Part shown: piece after piece, positions 55,596 through 64,000 of the stretch
How the letters are laid out: every line of letters starts with the position of its first letter
Numbering within the stretch: the stretch's first letter is position 1
Assembly (NCBI GenBank): GCA_964646765.1
Contig: CAZYIA010000002.1
Coordinates: 208,735-272,734 of the forward strand
Length of the DNA stretch: 64,000 nt
Direction of reading: 5' to 3'
DNA from: an uncultured Candidatus Saccharibacteria bacterium
GTDB taxonomy: Bacteria; Patescibacteriota; Minisyncoccia; Phycocordibacterales; UBA9973
The notes under the pieces: generated by a model
What the model was told of the DNA's origin: nothing
The model's database searches: none
Seen by the model: only the letters and a program-made list of their open reading frames with translations
Position numbers and translations under genes: made by a program

Positions 55596-58178
55596 ATGAA
55601 AAAGAAGACATCCAAGAAGGTAAAAAAATCTCCAAGCGTTCGTTTACCGTCCCATATTAGTCCTACGGTATATCATGTAACGCTTAAGCCTGATCTTGAA
55701 GCATTTACCTTTGAAGGAGAGGAAACTATCGAACTTACACTCTCGAAGCCGACTAAAACAATCACTCTTCATTCGAAAGATCTTGATATAGAGCTTGCTG
55801 AACTTCTAGTTTCAAAAGATGGTGGAGTACCGCTTCAAGCTGCTGTTGCGTATAACGATGAAGCAGAAACTGCCACGTTTACATTTGCAAAGCCAATTAC
55901 AAAAGGGGAGCATAAAATTCACATCATGTTTCGTGGTATTTTGGCTGGTAACATGCGCGGTTTTTACAAGAGTCAGTACATGCTCGATGGTAAAACACAT
56001 ACGCTTGCTACAACGCAGTTTGAAGCAACCGATGCTCGCCGAGCTATTCCATGTTTTGATGAACCGGTACACAAAGCAGTGTTTAATGTGAAGCTTGTTG
56101 TCCCGGTTTCAAAAACCGCAATTTCAAACACCTTGCCAACAGAAATTGTGGAGCACGAAGCAGGGTACAAAATTGTTTCGTTTGCCCCCACACCAAAAAT
56201 GTCGACGTACCTTCTTGCTTTTATCGTTGGTGATTTTGAACACGTGGAAGCAAAATCAAAGAGCGGTGTTATTGTGCGCATTTACGCTACCCCGGGAAAA
56301 AAGCACCAGAGTACATTTGCCCTTGAAACAGCGGTGCGTGTACTCGATTTTTATGAAGAGTATTTCGGGATTAAATATCCGCTCAACACCCTCGACATGA
56401 TTGCTATTCCTGATTTTGCTTCAGGCGCAATGGAGAACTGGGGAGCAGTAACCTATCGGGAAACGGCACTTCTTGTTGACCCGGAGCATTCCTCAACTAA
56501 AAATCGCCAATGGGTTGCGCTGGTTATCGCTCATGAACTTGCGCACCAGTGGTTTGGAAACTTAGTAACCATGGAGTGGTGGACACACCTGTGGCTTAAC
56601 GAAGGTTTTGCTTCATATATTGAATACCTAGCAGTGAACGAACTTTTTCCTGAGTGGGACATTTGGACTCAGTTTGCCTACGCCGACTTAGGTGTAGCAC
56701 TTCGTCTTGATGCGCTCAAAAATACTCATCCAATTGAGGTAGACGTAAAAAATCCCAACGAGATTGGTGAAATTTTTGATGAAGTATCGTACTCAAAAGG
56801 CGCTTCGGTTATTCGAATGCTTGCGGGTTATTTAGGTGAGCACGATTTCCGTGAAGGGCTTCACCTGTATCTTACCAAGCACAGCTACGCCAATGCTCAC
56901 ACCGTGTATCTTTGGGAAGCCTTTGAACAAGTTTCAAAAAAACCGGTTAAAAAGCTTATGCAAGAATGGACTCGCAAAGCAGGGTACCCCCTCATCGAAG
57001 TAGAAGAAAAGGAAAATGGTTTCAAGGTTCGACAATCTCGTTTTCTCTCAAGTCCACTTTCTGCTAAGAGTGTGCGCGATACTACAGTATGGAATGTACC
57101 GCTAAACTATTTTGGCGATCGAGGCACTACACGCTCACATTTGCTCGCAAAAAAATCTGATACGGTTTCTAGCTCATACGATCTTTGGAAAAAGTGGAAC
57201 AGGGGAGAAACCGGTTTTTACCGAGTTCGTTATCCAAAAGAAACTCTCGAACTCTTAGCTACTCCAGTTCGCGAGGGGCGACTTCCAGCAATTGATCGAC
57301 TCGGCATCATTCGTGATCTTTTTGCTCTTTCAGAATCAGGTCATATAAAAACTGATGAAGCGCTTTCGTTTGCTTTAAACTACAAAGAAGAAACTGATTA
57401 CACGGTGTGGGTAGAACTTCTTTCTGGTCTTGCACGTGTGTGGAATTTGCTTGCTGGGACTGCGAATGAACAAAAATATAAACGTTTCGCTCTCTCTATT
57501 CTTTCGAAAGCTGCCGAACAAATTGGTTGGGAACCACAAACGAACGAAAGTTATACATCATCTCTATTGCGACCAACTCTCCTAACTCACACAGGACTCT
57601 ATGGTGATGCTCGAGTAATTATTGAAGCAAAGAAACGTTTTGAACGAAGAAAGGAACAGCCAATTCCTGCTGATATGCGCAGTGTTGTTTACGGACTTGT
57701 AGCTGCGAACGGTGGTGAGCGGGAATATAATGAACTACTTTCGATGTACCACACCGCAACCGTGCACGAGGAGAAAGTCCGTATTCTCTATGCTCTTGGC
57801 CAATTTGAAAACTCAAAACTGATTAAAAAGACACTTGCCCTAGGTCTTTCAAATGAAGTGCGTCTTCAGGACCGTAATACCGTTTTCGCCGGAGTTTTAG
57901 GAAATCCGTATGGCCGTGCATTTGCTTGGCAATTTATCCAGAAAAATTGGAAAAAACTGATCGCTGAATACGGCGAAGGTGGTCACTTGTTAGCGCGGTT
58001 AGTAAAACCCCTTGGTAGTTTTACAGAAAAAAGCCGAGGTGATGAAATTAAAAAGTTCTTCAAGAAAAACAAAGCGCCAGCCGGAGAACGCACGGTACAG
58101 CAAGTGCTCGAGCATATTTACTCAAATGCCGCCTGGATAAAACGAGATGGAAAGGTGATAGAGAGATTTTTGAAATAG
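55596..58178 (+). CDS. pepN: Aminopeptidase N (M1 family)
   Basis: 'GAMENWG' exopeptidase motif. Zinc site 'HELAHQWFGNLVTMEWWTHLWLNEGFASY' (HExxH-x18-E). Start at ATG 55596 after a 'tatact' -10. The upstream ORF extension overlaps the convergent gene and is rejected. Confidence 0.9.
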   Translation: MKKKTSKKVKKSPSVRLPSHISPTVYHVTLKPDLEAFTFEGEETIELTLSKPTKTITLHSKDLDIELAELLVSKDGGVPLQAAVAYNDEAETATFTFAKPITKGEHKIHIMFRGILAGNMRGFYKSQYMLDGKTHTLATTQFEATDARRAIPCFDEPVHKAVFNVKLVVPVSKTAISNTLPTEIVEHEAGYKIVSFAPTPKMSTYLLAFIVGDFEHVEAKSKSGVIVRIYATPGKKHQSTFALETAVRVLDFYEEYFGIKYPLNTLDMIAIPDFASGAMENWGAVTYRETALLVDPEHSSTKNRQWVALVIAHELAHQWFGNLVTMEWWTHLWLNEGFASYIEYLAVNELFPEWDIWTQFAYADLGVALRLDALKNTHPIEVDVKNPNEIGEIFDEVSYSKGASVIRMLAGYLGEHDFREGLHLYLTKHSYANAHTVYLWEAFEQVSKKPVKKLMQEWTRKAGYPLIEVEEKENGFKVRQSRFLSSPLSAKSVRDTTVWNVPLNYFGDRGTTRSHLLAKKSDTVSSSYDLWKKWNRGETGFYRVRYPKETLELLATPVREGRLPAIDRLGIIRDLFALSESGHIKTDEALSFALNYKEETDYTVWVELLSGLARVWNLLAGTANEQKYKRFALSILSKAAEQIGWEPQTNESYTSSLLRPTLLTHTGLYGDARVIIEAKKRFERRKEQPIPADMRSVVYGLVAANGGEREYNELLSMYHTATVHEEKVRILYALGQFENSKLIKKTLALGLSNEVRLQDRNTVFAGVLGNPYGRAFAWQFIQKNWKKLIAEYGEGGHLLARLVKPLGSFTEKSRGDEIKKFFKKNKAPAGERTVQQVLEHIYSNAAWIKRDGKVIERFLK

Positions 58179-58181
58179 AAT

Positions 58182-59036
58182 ATGTGGCTTCCCATAGCGC
58201 TTCTTAGTTCGGCAATTTTAGGTACTAAACGTATCTACGAAAAAACTCTTACGGCACATTTTGGTAATTTTTCAATGGGTTTTATTGTCCAAGCGTTTTC
58301 GCTTTTACCAACACTCGCCTTATTTCCATTTTTCAAATTACCGTCGTCACTTTTTACTCTGCCGTGGCGATTTTGGTGGCCACTTCTCATTATTTGGTTG
58401 GTACTGTATCCAGTGCAAACCTACCTTTATTACCGAGCACTTCGAGAAGGAGAGTTTTCTTCTATTACACCGCTCTCAGCACTTTTGCCCGCTTTTAATG
58501 TCGTCACCTCATTTTTAATCATTGGCGAGAAACCGTCGATTGTTGGACTGGTAGGTATTGCCATGATTATTTTCGGTGTTTATCTCATTCTTCTAAAAGA
58601 CAAAGCAAAAATACATTTTGCGAAGCCAGAACTTTTCATGATTGGCTTTCTGGTTTCAGTAGCTATCGGATCAACTCTCGATAAAGTTTCAATCAGTGTT
58701 TCAACCCCTGTTTTTTATAGTTTCATGAATACGCTCGGTGCAGCAATTATGTTTATGATCCTGATGCACTTTTATAAAGAAGCGCATGAATTTGGAAAAA
58801 TGCGGAGTCGCGCCGGGTATCTTTTTGTGCTCGGTATTTTTCAAGCAATTGCATTTACTGCTGGAATGATCGCTTTTCAGTATGGACCAACTTCCTATGT
58901 TCTAGCTATCCGAGCCGGCGGATATGTTGTTGCATCGCTCTACGGCATTTTTGCTCTTAAGGAATCACTTTCAGAGCGAAAAATTCTTGCCCTCATTTCA
59001 TTTAGCGTTGGTCTACTCCTTCTTGCATTTGCTTAA
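58182..59036 (+). CDS. Hypothetical polytopic membrane protein (DMT-like)
   Basis: 284 aa, about 9-10 TM. Confidence 0.4.
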   Translation: MWLPIALLSSAILGTKRIYEKTLTAHFGNFSMGFIVQAFSLLPTLALFPFFKLPSSLFTLPWRFWWPLLIIWLVLYPVQTYLYYRALREGEFSSITPLSALLPAFNVVTSFLIIGEKPSIVGLVGIAMIIFGVYLILLKDKAKIHFAKPELFMIGFLVSVAIGSTLDKVSISVSTPVFYSFMNTLGAAIMFMILMHFYKEAHEFGKMRSRAGYLFVLGIFQAIAFTAGMIAFQYGPTSYVLAIRAGGYVVASLYGIFALKESLSERKILALISFSVGLLLLAFA

Positions 59037-59097
59037 GTGATTCAGTATGAGATACTTATTGATGTAAGAGCTTTTAATCAGCTTCGTCATTACTATT

Positions 59098-59829
59098 ATG
59101 CAAAATAACACGGTCACTATCCGTAAAGATGTCATTATTGGTATCCTTCTTGGCGTTATTGTTCTTCTCGTTGGATACATTATTCTTAGAGATCAATTCA
59201 GGAGTGATGCTGTAGTTATTGCTCCAACAAACCAAACGACTAATCAAGAGCCGGTAGGGGAAACACCTACAACTGATACGCCGGCATTTTCAATTGCTTC
59301 TGATGGGCCAAATATTAAAAAATTCACATGGACAGCAAAAGGTCTCTCATTTAGCTATTCTCCTTTCGTCTACCAAGAAACAGAGGAATACTTTGGGCCT
59401 GATCTTTCTACACCAATCCAAGATCCGTCAGTTGATGTTGCTGGCCGTCTTGTTTTTCCTCGGGGATCTCTGGAAGTATTTGATAAAATAGCTACCGACA
59501 CTCCTGAACGAGCAGTTCGCACCCAGTTCTTAAACGGTGAAAACAATACTCCAACATGTACCGTAAAGCGGGTTTATGCCGAAGATGACGACGATTTCGT
59601 CTACTTACCAATTCCAGGAGTAACCTTTGTCCGAATGAAAGGCTCTGGCTGTCCAGAATTGTACCGTAGTGATGGTAGCGTTTCTGCAGGTTTCTTTGTA
59701 CTTGATTCTATGCCAGACAAACTTTTCTTTGTGACCACTTCTGACGGAGAAAATGTTGCTCTCCGCAGCCCTTCCGGTGTACCGTTCTTCGCTTCGTTCG
59801 CGAAAATTACTCCAACTGAAACACAGTAA
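59098..59829 (+). CDS. Hypothetical membrane-anchored protein
   Basis: N-terminal TM 'IIGILLGVIVLLVGYIIL'. Extracytoplasmic domain with Cys residues. Confidence 0.35.
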   Translation: MQNNTVTIRKDVIIGILLGVIVLLVGYIILRDQFRSDAVVIAPTNQTTNQEPVGETPTTDTPAFSIASDGPNIKKFTWTAKGLSFSYSPFVYQETEEYFGPDLSTPIQDPSVDVAGRLVFPRGSLEVFDKIATDTPERAVRTQFLNGENNTPTCTVKRVYAEDDDDFVYLPIPGVTFVRMKGSGCPELYRSDGSVSAGFFVLDSMPDKLFFVTTSDGENVALRSPSGVPFFASFAKITPTETQ

Positions 59830-59834
59830 TACGT

Positions 59835-60527
59835 ATGACAAGAACTCTTGGAATTTTACTTGCCATTGTTTGCATTATTGGCATTTTTGGATACGTTGTT
59901 GCAACTGATAATGCATGGGAAAAAGAAGTCGTTACAGATACCCAACCAATTGTCGTTTCTCAGGAAGAAAATGAAACTACGAGTTTAGATAAACATCCAG
60001 AGCAATTATCCATTGCAACTGACGAGCTTCTTTCTAAAATTGCTTTAGCCGTTACTGATACTCCGATCAAACCATTTACTTCAAAAAGCGTCGAAGCGCT
60101 GACTGTCGAAAATAAAGTAGGAATAATTAGTCTTCCTGGGAATAGTGCCACCGGTTCTCTTTCAGGATTAACTATTGAGAAAAAGAATGCACTTTGGCAG
60201 CAGTTTGAACAATCGGTTCTCGATGTTCTTCATAGTGCTTCGTTTGATGAAAATTTTCCTCTCTCAATAGAAGGAAATCGCGTTTTTGCCTTAAGTGCTG
60301 GTGGGGTAATGGGGGAAGAAATAGGACTGATCCGAAAAGTTGATACCGATTATCAATTTGCAGTTGTATCACTTCACTATACAGCTAAAGGCGCTGCGTC
60401 AGGACCAAATGAACCATACGTTCCTGAATGTCCTTGCACACTCGAGTACTCAATTTTTATTTCAGATCCAGTTAGTTTTTCTGAACTACTGGCACAAGTA
60501 CAAACCTTGAAGGCTCCTACAAACTAG
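59835..60527 (+). CDS. Hypothetical membrane-anchored protein
   Basis: N-terminal TM 'LGILLAIVCIIGIFGYVVA'. No motif. Confidence 0.35.
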   Translation: MTRTLGILLAIVCIIGIFGYVVATDNAWEKEVVTDTQPIVVSQEENETTSLDKHPEQLSIATDELLSKIALAVTDTPIKPFTSKSVEALTVENKVGIISLPGNSATGSLSGLTIEKKNALWQQFEQSVLDVLHSASFDENFPLSIEGNRVFALSAGGVMGEEIGLIRKVDTDYQFAVVSLHYTAKGAASGPNEPYVPECPCTLEYSIFISDPVSFSELLAQVQTLKAPTN

Positions 60528-60566
60528 CGCTCTTTTACCTTTTGGACCACGTGGTAGGATAGTGGC

Positions 60567-61382
60567 GTGAGTCCAAAGAAATTTCAGGCAATCGTATACG
60601 GTTACTATAAGAAAAATGCCCGGCATATGTTGCCGTGGCGAGCACGAAGCGCAACACCATACCATATTTTGGTTTCTGAAGTGATGTTACAACAAACTCA
60701 AGCAGAGAGGGTTACGTCAAAATTTGTAGCATTTATAAAAAAGTTTCCAACGGTACAAAAATTGGCTCAAGCATCGCTGCGTGAAGTTTTGCTTATGTGG
60801 CAAGGGTTAGGGTATAACCGTCGCGCACGTAATTTAAAACGTGCCGCTGAGGAGATTGTTTCTAACTATAAAGGGAAAGTACCTACTACCGTCGAAGCAT
60901 TAGTTGCCTTGCCTGCTATTGGTCCATACACTGCTTCCGCTATTCGAGCCTTTGTCTGGAATATTCCTGACGTCTTTATTGAAACTAATATCCGGACAGT
61001 TTATATTCATCACTTTTTCCCGAAAAGAAAAAAGGTTTCTGATGATGAACTTTTACCTCTTATCGAAAAAACTCTCGATCGCACTAACCCAAAAGAGTGG
61101 TATGCCGCGCTTATGGATTACGGTGCCTATCTTAAGAAAACAGTGCCAAATCCAAGTCGTCGTAGCCATTCCCATGTGAAGCAGGCAGCATTTAAAGGCT
61201 CACTCCGGGAAGCTCGAGGTAAAATTTTACGATATGTAACAGAAAAGGGTAGTCTTCCGTTAAGGGAAATACCTAAAATTTTTAAGGATTTAGGTAGTGA
61301 ACGAACAAAAAGTGCGCTTGCTTCTCTCGTACAAGAAGGAATGTTGATAGCTCGAGGGGCTAGGGTGTATTTGAGAGAATAA
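60567..61382 (+). CDS. HhH-GPD DNA glycosylase, MutY/EndoIII-like, with no cysteines
   Basis: 'LPWRARSATPYHILVSEVMLQQTQAERV' (MutY N-terminus). HhH 'LPAIGPYTASAI'. Catalytic Asp region. The protein has zero Cys and no NUDIX-like C-terminal domain. Confidence 0.7.
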   Translation: MSPKKFQAIVYGYYKKNARHMLPWRARSATPYHILVSEVMLQQTQAERVTSKFVAFIKKFPTVQKLAQASLREVLLMWQGLGYNRRARNLKRAAEEIVSNYKGKVPTTVEALVALPAIGPYTASAIRAFVWNIPDVFIETNIRTVYIHHFFPKRKKVSDDELLPLIEKTLDRTNPKEWYAALMDYGAYLKKTVPNPSRRSHSHVKQAAFKGSLREARGKILRYVTEKGSLPLREIPKIFKDLGSERTKSALASLVQEGMLIARGARVYLRE

Positions 61383-61582
61383 TTCATGATATAATTTTAA
61401 GCACTGATGGACGAACGAGGAACGGATCAAAGCGAGTGGGGAGTACCCTCACATATAGAACATGAAGCCGACCGCCTCTACAGCGGCCTAACTTCTGTTT
61501 CCGAACTCGCTGAATCGTATTGCCCAAGTGACGTTGATCAAATTATTGCTTGTAACCGCCGAAAGTACCGAATTAGCTAGCC

Positions 61583-62218
61583 ATGAAGATTAAAAAGCTT
61601 GGCCATTGCTGTCTCCGAATTGAAATAAATGGTGTTACCGTGCTTACCGATCCCGGAGCATGGTCTACGCTTCAAACAGAAGAAACTGGTATTCAGATTA
61701 TTTTGATAACGCATGAACATAGTGACCATCTTCATGTTGAATCCTTAAAGAAAGTACTTGCTAATAATCCGGAAGCGCAGATAGTTACTAACGCGTCTGT
61801 TGGTGTAATTCTGGAAAAAGAAGGAATTACATTTACAAAGTTAAGCGAGGGAGAATCAAACACTTTCTTTAATCTTTTGATTGAAGGATTTGGCCATGAA
61901 CACGCGCCAATTATTCCCGAAATTATACCAGTAGAGAACACGAGCTATCTTCTTGGTGAGAGTCTGTATATCCCAGGGGATGCTTTTGCGTTACCAAATA
62001 AAAAAGTAGATGTTCTAGCCCTCCCAGTGTGCGGTCCGTGGATGCATATGAGCGAAGCTGTAACATTTGCTCGCGCTATTAAGCCTCGTGTGGTGTTTCC
62101 AATACACGACGGCATGTTAAAAATCATTGGCCCATTTCATTTTGTACCAAAGATGGCACTCGAAAAGAATGGTATTGAATTTGTGCCAATGTTAGAAGGG
62201 GATGAGAAAGAGTTTTAG
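61583..62218 (+). CDS. Metallo-beta-lactamase-fold hydrolase
   Basis: 'ILITHEHSDHL' (HxHxDH). Downstream His and Asp ligands. Confidence 0.65.
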   Translation: MKIKKLGHCCLRIEINGVTVLTDPGAWSTLQTEETGIQIILITHEHSDHLHVESLKKVLANNPEAQIVTNASVGVILEKEGITFTKLSEGESNTFFNLLIEGFGHEHAPIIPEIIPVENTSYLLGESLYIPGDAFALPNKKVDVLALPVCGPWMHMSEAVTFARAIKPRVVFPIHDGMLKIIGPFHFVPKMALEKNGIEFVPMLEGDEKEF

Positions 62219-62822
62219 GGTGCCTCGTCTTTTTCAGGTACAAGAAAAAGTTAAAGAGCTCTATACAAAACAGCATGCTGATAAGTCATGGCAAGAATGG
62301 CTTTCATGGGCATATCCGAATCATGTATGTATCGTAGAAAAAGAAGCACAAAAACTTGCTGAGCGTTTTGGTGGCAACGTTGAATACTCATGTGTTGGTG
62401 CACTTTTACATGATATTGCCGATGCTGAACTTACTCGGGATAACCCAGCGCACCATGCTCGTTCCGAGGAGCTAGCCCGAGTGATTCTTAAAGAAAGTGG
62501 ATTTTCTTCCGAAGAAATTGAACAAATTGTGGTAGAGGTTATTGCTCCGCACTCATGTCGCGAATTGATGCCCACAGTATTTGAAGGAAAAATTCTAGCG
62601 ACAGCAGATGCTCTTGCACATCTCTCCACTGATTTTTATATATATTTTGCCTGGCAGCATTGGGGTAATAAAGGCGGTGTTCCTAAGTATTCTGATTTTC
62701 GAGAGTGGGTACTTTCCCGTATTGAGCGTGATTTCTATAAAAAAATTTGGTTTGATGAAATACGACAAGAGAATGAGCACTTTTATCGTGCCTTAAAAGA
62801 AAGTCTTTCTTCTACGCTCTAA
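62202..62822 (+). CDS. HD-domain phosphohydrolase
   Basis: 'GALLHDIAD' HD motif and 'H...H' ligands. Confidence 0.6.
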   Translation: MRKSFRVPRLFQVQEKVKELYTKQHADKSWQEWLSWAYPNHVCIVEKEAQKLAERFGGNVEYSCVGALLHDIADAELTRDNPAHHARSEELARVILKESGFSSEEIEQIVVEVIAPHSCRELMPTVFEGKILATADALAHLSTDFYIYFAWQHWGNKGGVPKYSDFREWVLSRIERDFYKKIWFDEIRQENEHFYRALKESLSSTL

Positions 62823-63546
62823 TTTTAAGAGACTTTAAGAGATTCGTTTTTGCATCTCCAGTAAGTTCGCGGAAACGGCCTTCTTCGAGTGAGCCTAAGA
62901 GGACGTTCATAATACGCACGCGGTTAAGATCGTGTACTCGGTGACCGAGCGCTTCGCACATGCGGCGAATCTGGCGATTCTTGCCTTCGGTAAGAATGAT
63001 AGAGAACTTTTTATCACCAAGACGCTTCATTTTGCAAGGCTTTGTTTTGTAATCGCCTATATCTACGCCAGCAGCCATCTTCTTTAAGAATCCGTCATTA
63101 AATGGTTTTTCAGTTATAACCTCGTATTCTTTTTCGTGATCAAATTCAGGCTCTAGAAGCGGTTTTGTAATACGCCCATCATCGGTAATGATTAAAAGTC
63201 CACGAGAGTCTTTATCAAGACGGCCAACAGGGAATACTTTCTTTACCGGGAATTTTGTCGAGCGTAAAATATCTTTTTCTCCCTTTTGAGCGTTGGTTGT
63301 AACAATTCCTTTGGGTTTGTTGTAGGCATAGTAGTGGTACTTCTTTTCTTCGCCCTTTATTTGCACCATATCGCCTTCATAAACAATGGTACCTGGCTTA
63401 GCGACTGTTCCGTTTACAAATACGCGACCAGCCATTACCAGTTCGTCAGCGCCACGGCGAGAAGCGATTTGTTCCTCGCGTAAGTACACATTAATGCGTG
63501 TACCTTCTTTTTTCTCTGAGGGATTTTGTTGTTTGTTATTTTGCAT
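62812..63546 (-). CDS. rRNA pseudouridine synthase (RsuA/RluB family)
   Basis: S4 domain 'RINVYLREEQIASRRGADELVMAGRVFVNG'. Catalytic 'PVGRLDKDSRGLLIITDDG'. Confidence 0.85.
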   Translation of the reverse strand: MQNNKQQNPSEKKEGTRINVYLREEQIASRRGADELVMAGRVFVNGTVAKPGTIVYEGDMVQIKGEEKKYHYYAYNKPKGIVTTNAQKGEKDILRSTKFPVKKVFPVGRLDKDSRGLLIITDDGRITKPLLEPEFDHEKEYEVITEKPFNDGFLKKMAAGVDIGDYKTKPCKMKRLGDKKFSIILTEGKNRQIRRMCEALGHRVHDLNRVRIMNVLLGSLEEGRFRELTGDAKTNLLKSLKIRA

Positions 63547-64000
63547 TGAGTTTTCTAGTTAAGAGGAGTGAACAGAGAATACCAATACCTAGAACCAGAA
63601 ACAAGGCAGTATAGTTTTCTCCAATTAAAATGAGACTTCCCAATACCGGAGCAATAACGTAGGCAAGTGGGCGGGCAGTACGGAAAAGGCTAATAATTTC
63701 TGTGTCGGAATCAGTAACTCGCTTAAAAAAGTACGTTTCAGACATCACTTCAACGGTTGCTGCACCGACACGAGTCAAAAATAGAATGCCGCCAAAGAGT
63801 AAAGGAAGCGGTGAATGAGTGAGAGCAAAAAGAATAGTTGCGCCACCCATAATGAGGAGGCCAAACGATAACATCTTTTTTTCACCAACAGTATCCGACC
63901 GGTGACCAAGAGGGTATTGAAGAATCACAAAGGCTGAGAGCATGAGAGTGAAGATAAAGCCAATAGTTTCGAATGAAAAACCCTGCTTCTCAAGATAGAG
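63536..64000 (-). CDS. MFS transporter, C-terminal half (5' end beyond window)
   Basis: Four TM helices with an MFS-like loop 'FFKRVTDSDTE'. The reading frame continues to the window edge. Confidence 0.45.
   Translation of the reverse strand, partial: LYLEKQGFSFETIGFIFTLMLSAFVILQYPLGHRSDTVGEKKMLSFGLLIMGGATILFALTHSPLPLLFGGILFLTRVGAATVEVMSETYFFKRVTDSDTEIISLFRTARPLAYVIAPVLGSLILIGENYTALFLVLGIGILCSLLLTRKLNAK

Overview
This 64-kb window looks like a small, reduced bacterial genome, most likely Candidate Phyla Radiation (Patescibacteria); that taxonomic guess is an inference from gene content, not a database hit. The standard genetic code is used, since an RF2 gene is present. Almost all genes sit on the + strand in tight operons. 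Core content: a type IV pilus cluster (partial PilB/GspE, CheY-like receiver, PilT, PilC, a major pilin, PilD, three minor pilins, and a 1110-aa PilX-N-like adhesin with an internal tandem duplication). No PilMNOPQ is present. Housekeeping genes: ligA, gatC-gatA, five tRNAs (fMet, Met/Ile2-CAU, Asp, Thr-GGU, Thr-CGU), a GT2 glycosyltransferase, prfB, ftsE-ftsX, pyrG, a MarR–HlyD–HlyD–MFS efflux operon with a perfect operator palindrome, an OmpR/HisK two-component pair, rarA, an ABC exporter, pepN, a riboflavin kinase, a YbaK deacylase, a MutY-like glycosylase with no cysteines, and rsuA/rluB. The main feature is an AT-rich genomic island of about 15 kb (~26.68–41.6 kb) inserted next to tRNA-Gln(CUG). 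It carries a large serine recombinase, a packaging-only phage module (TerL, putative TerS, ParB::MTase fusion), a LexA/CI-like repressor, and two candidate defence systems. The first is a translationally coupled PLD-nuclease::SNF2-helicase fusion plus an Eco57I/PglX/DrmMI-like N6-adenine methyltransferase, preceded by a small, apparently leaderless XRE (C-protein-like) regulator. This resembles a reduced DISARM/BREX-like arrangement that I do not recognise as a described system. The second is a minimal CBASS-like pair: a SMODS/CD-NTase-like nucleotidyltransferase and a two-TM beta-rich Cap15/S-2TMbeta-like effector. I also see a family of tRNA 3'-end-derived repeats downstream of tRNA-Asp and tRNA-Thr. 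No CRISPR array and no rRNA were found.
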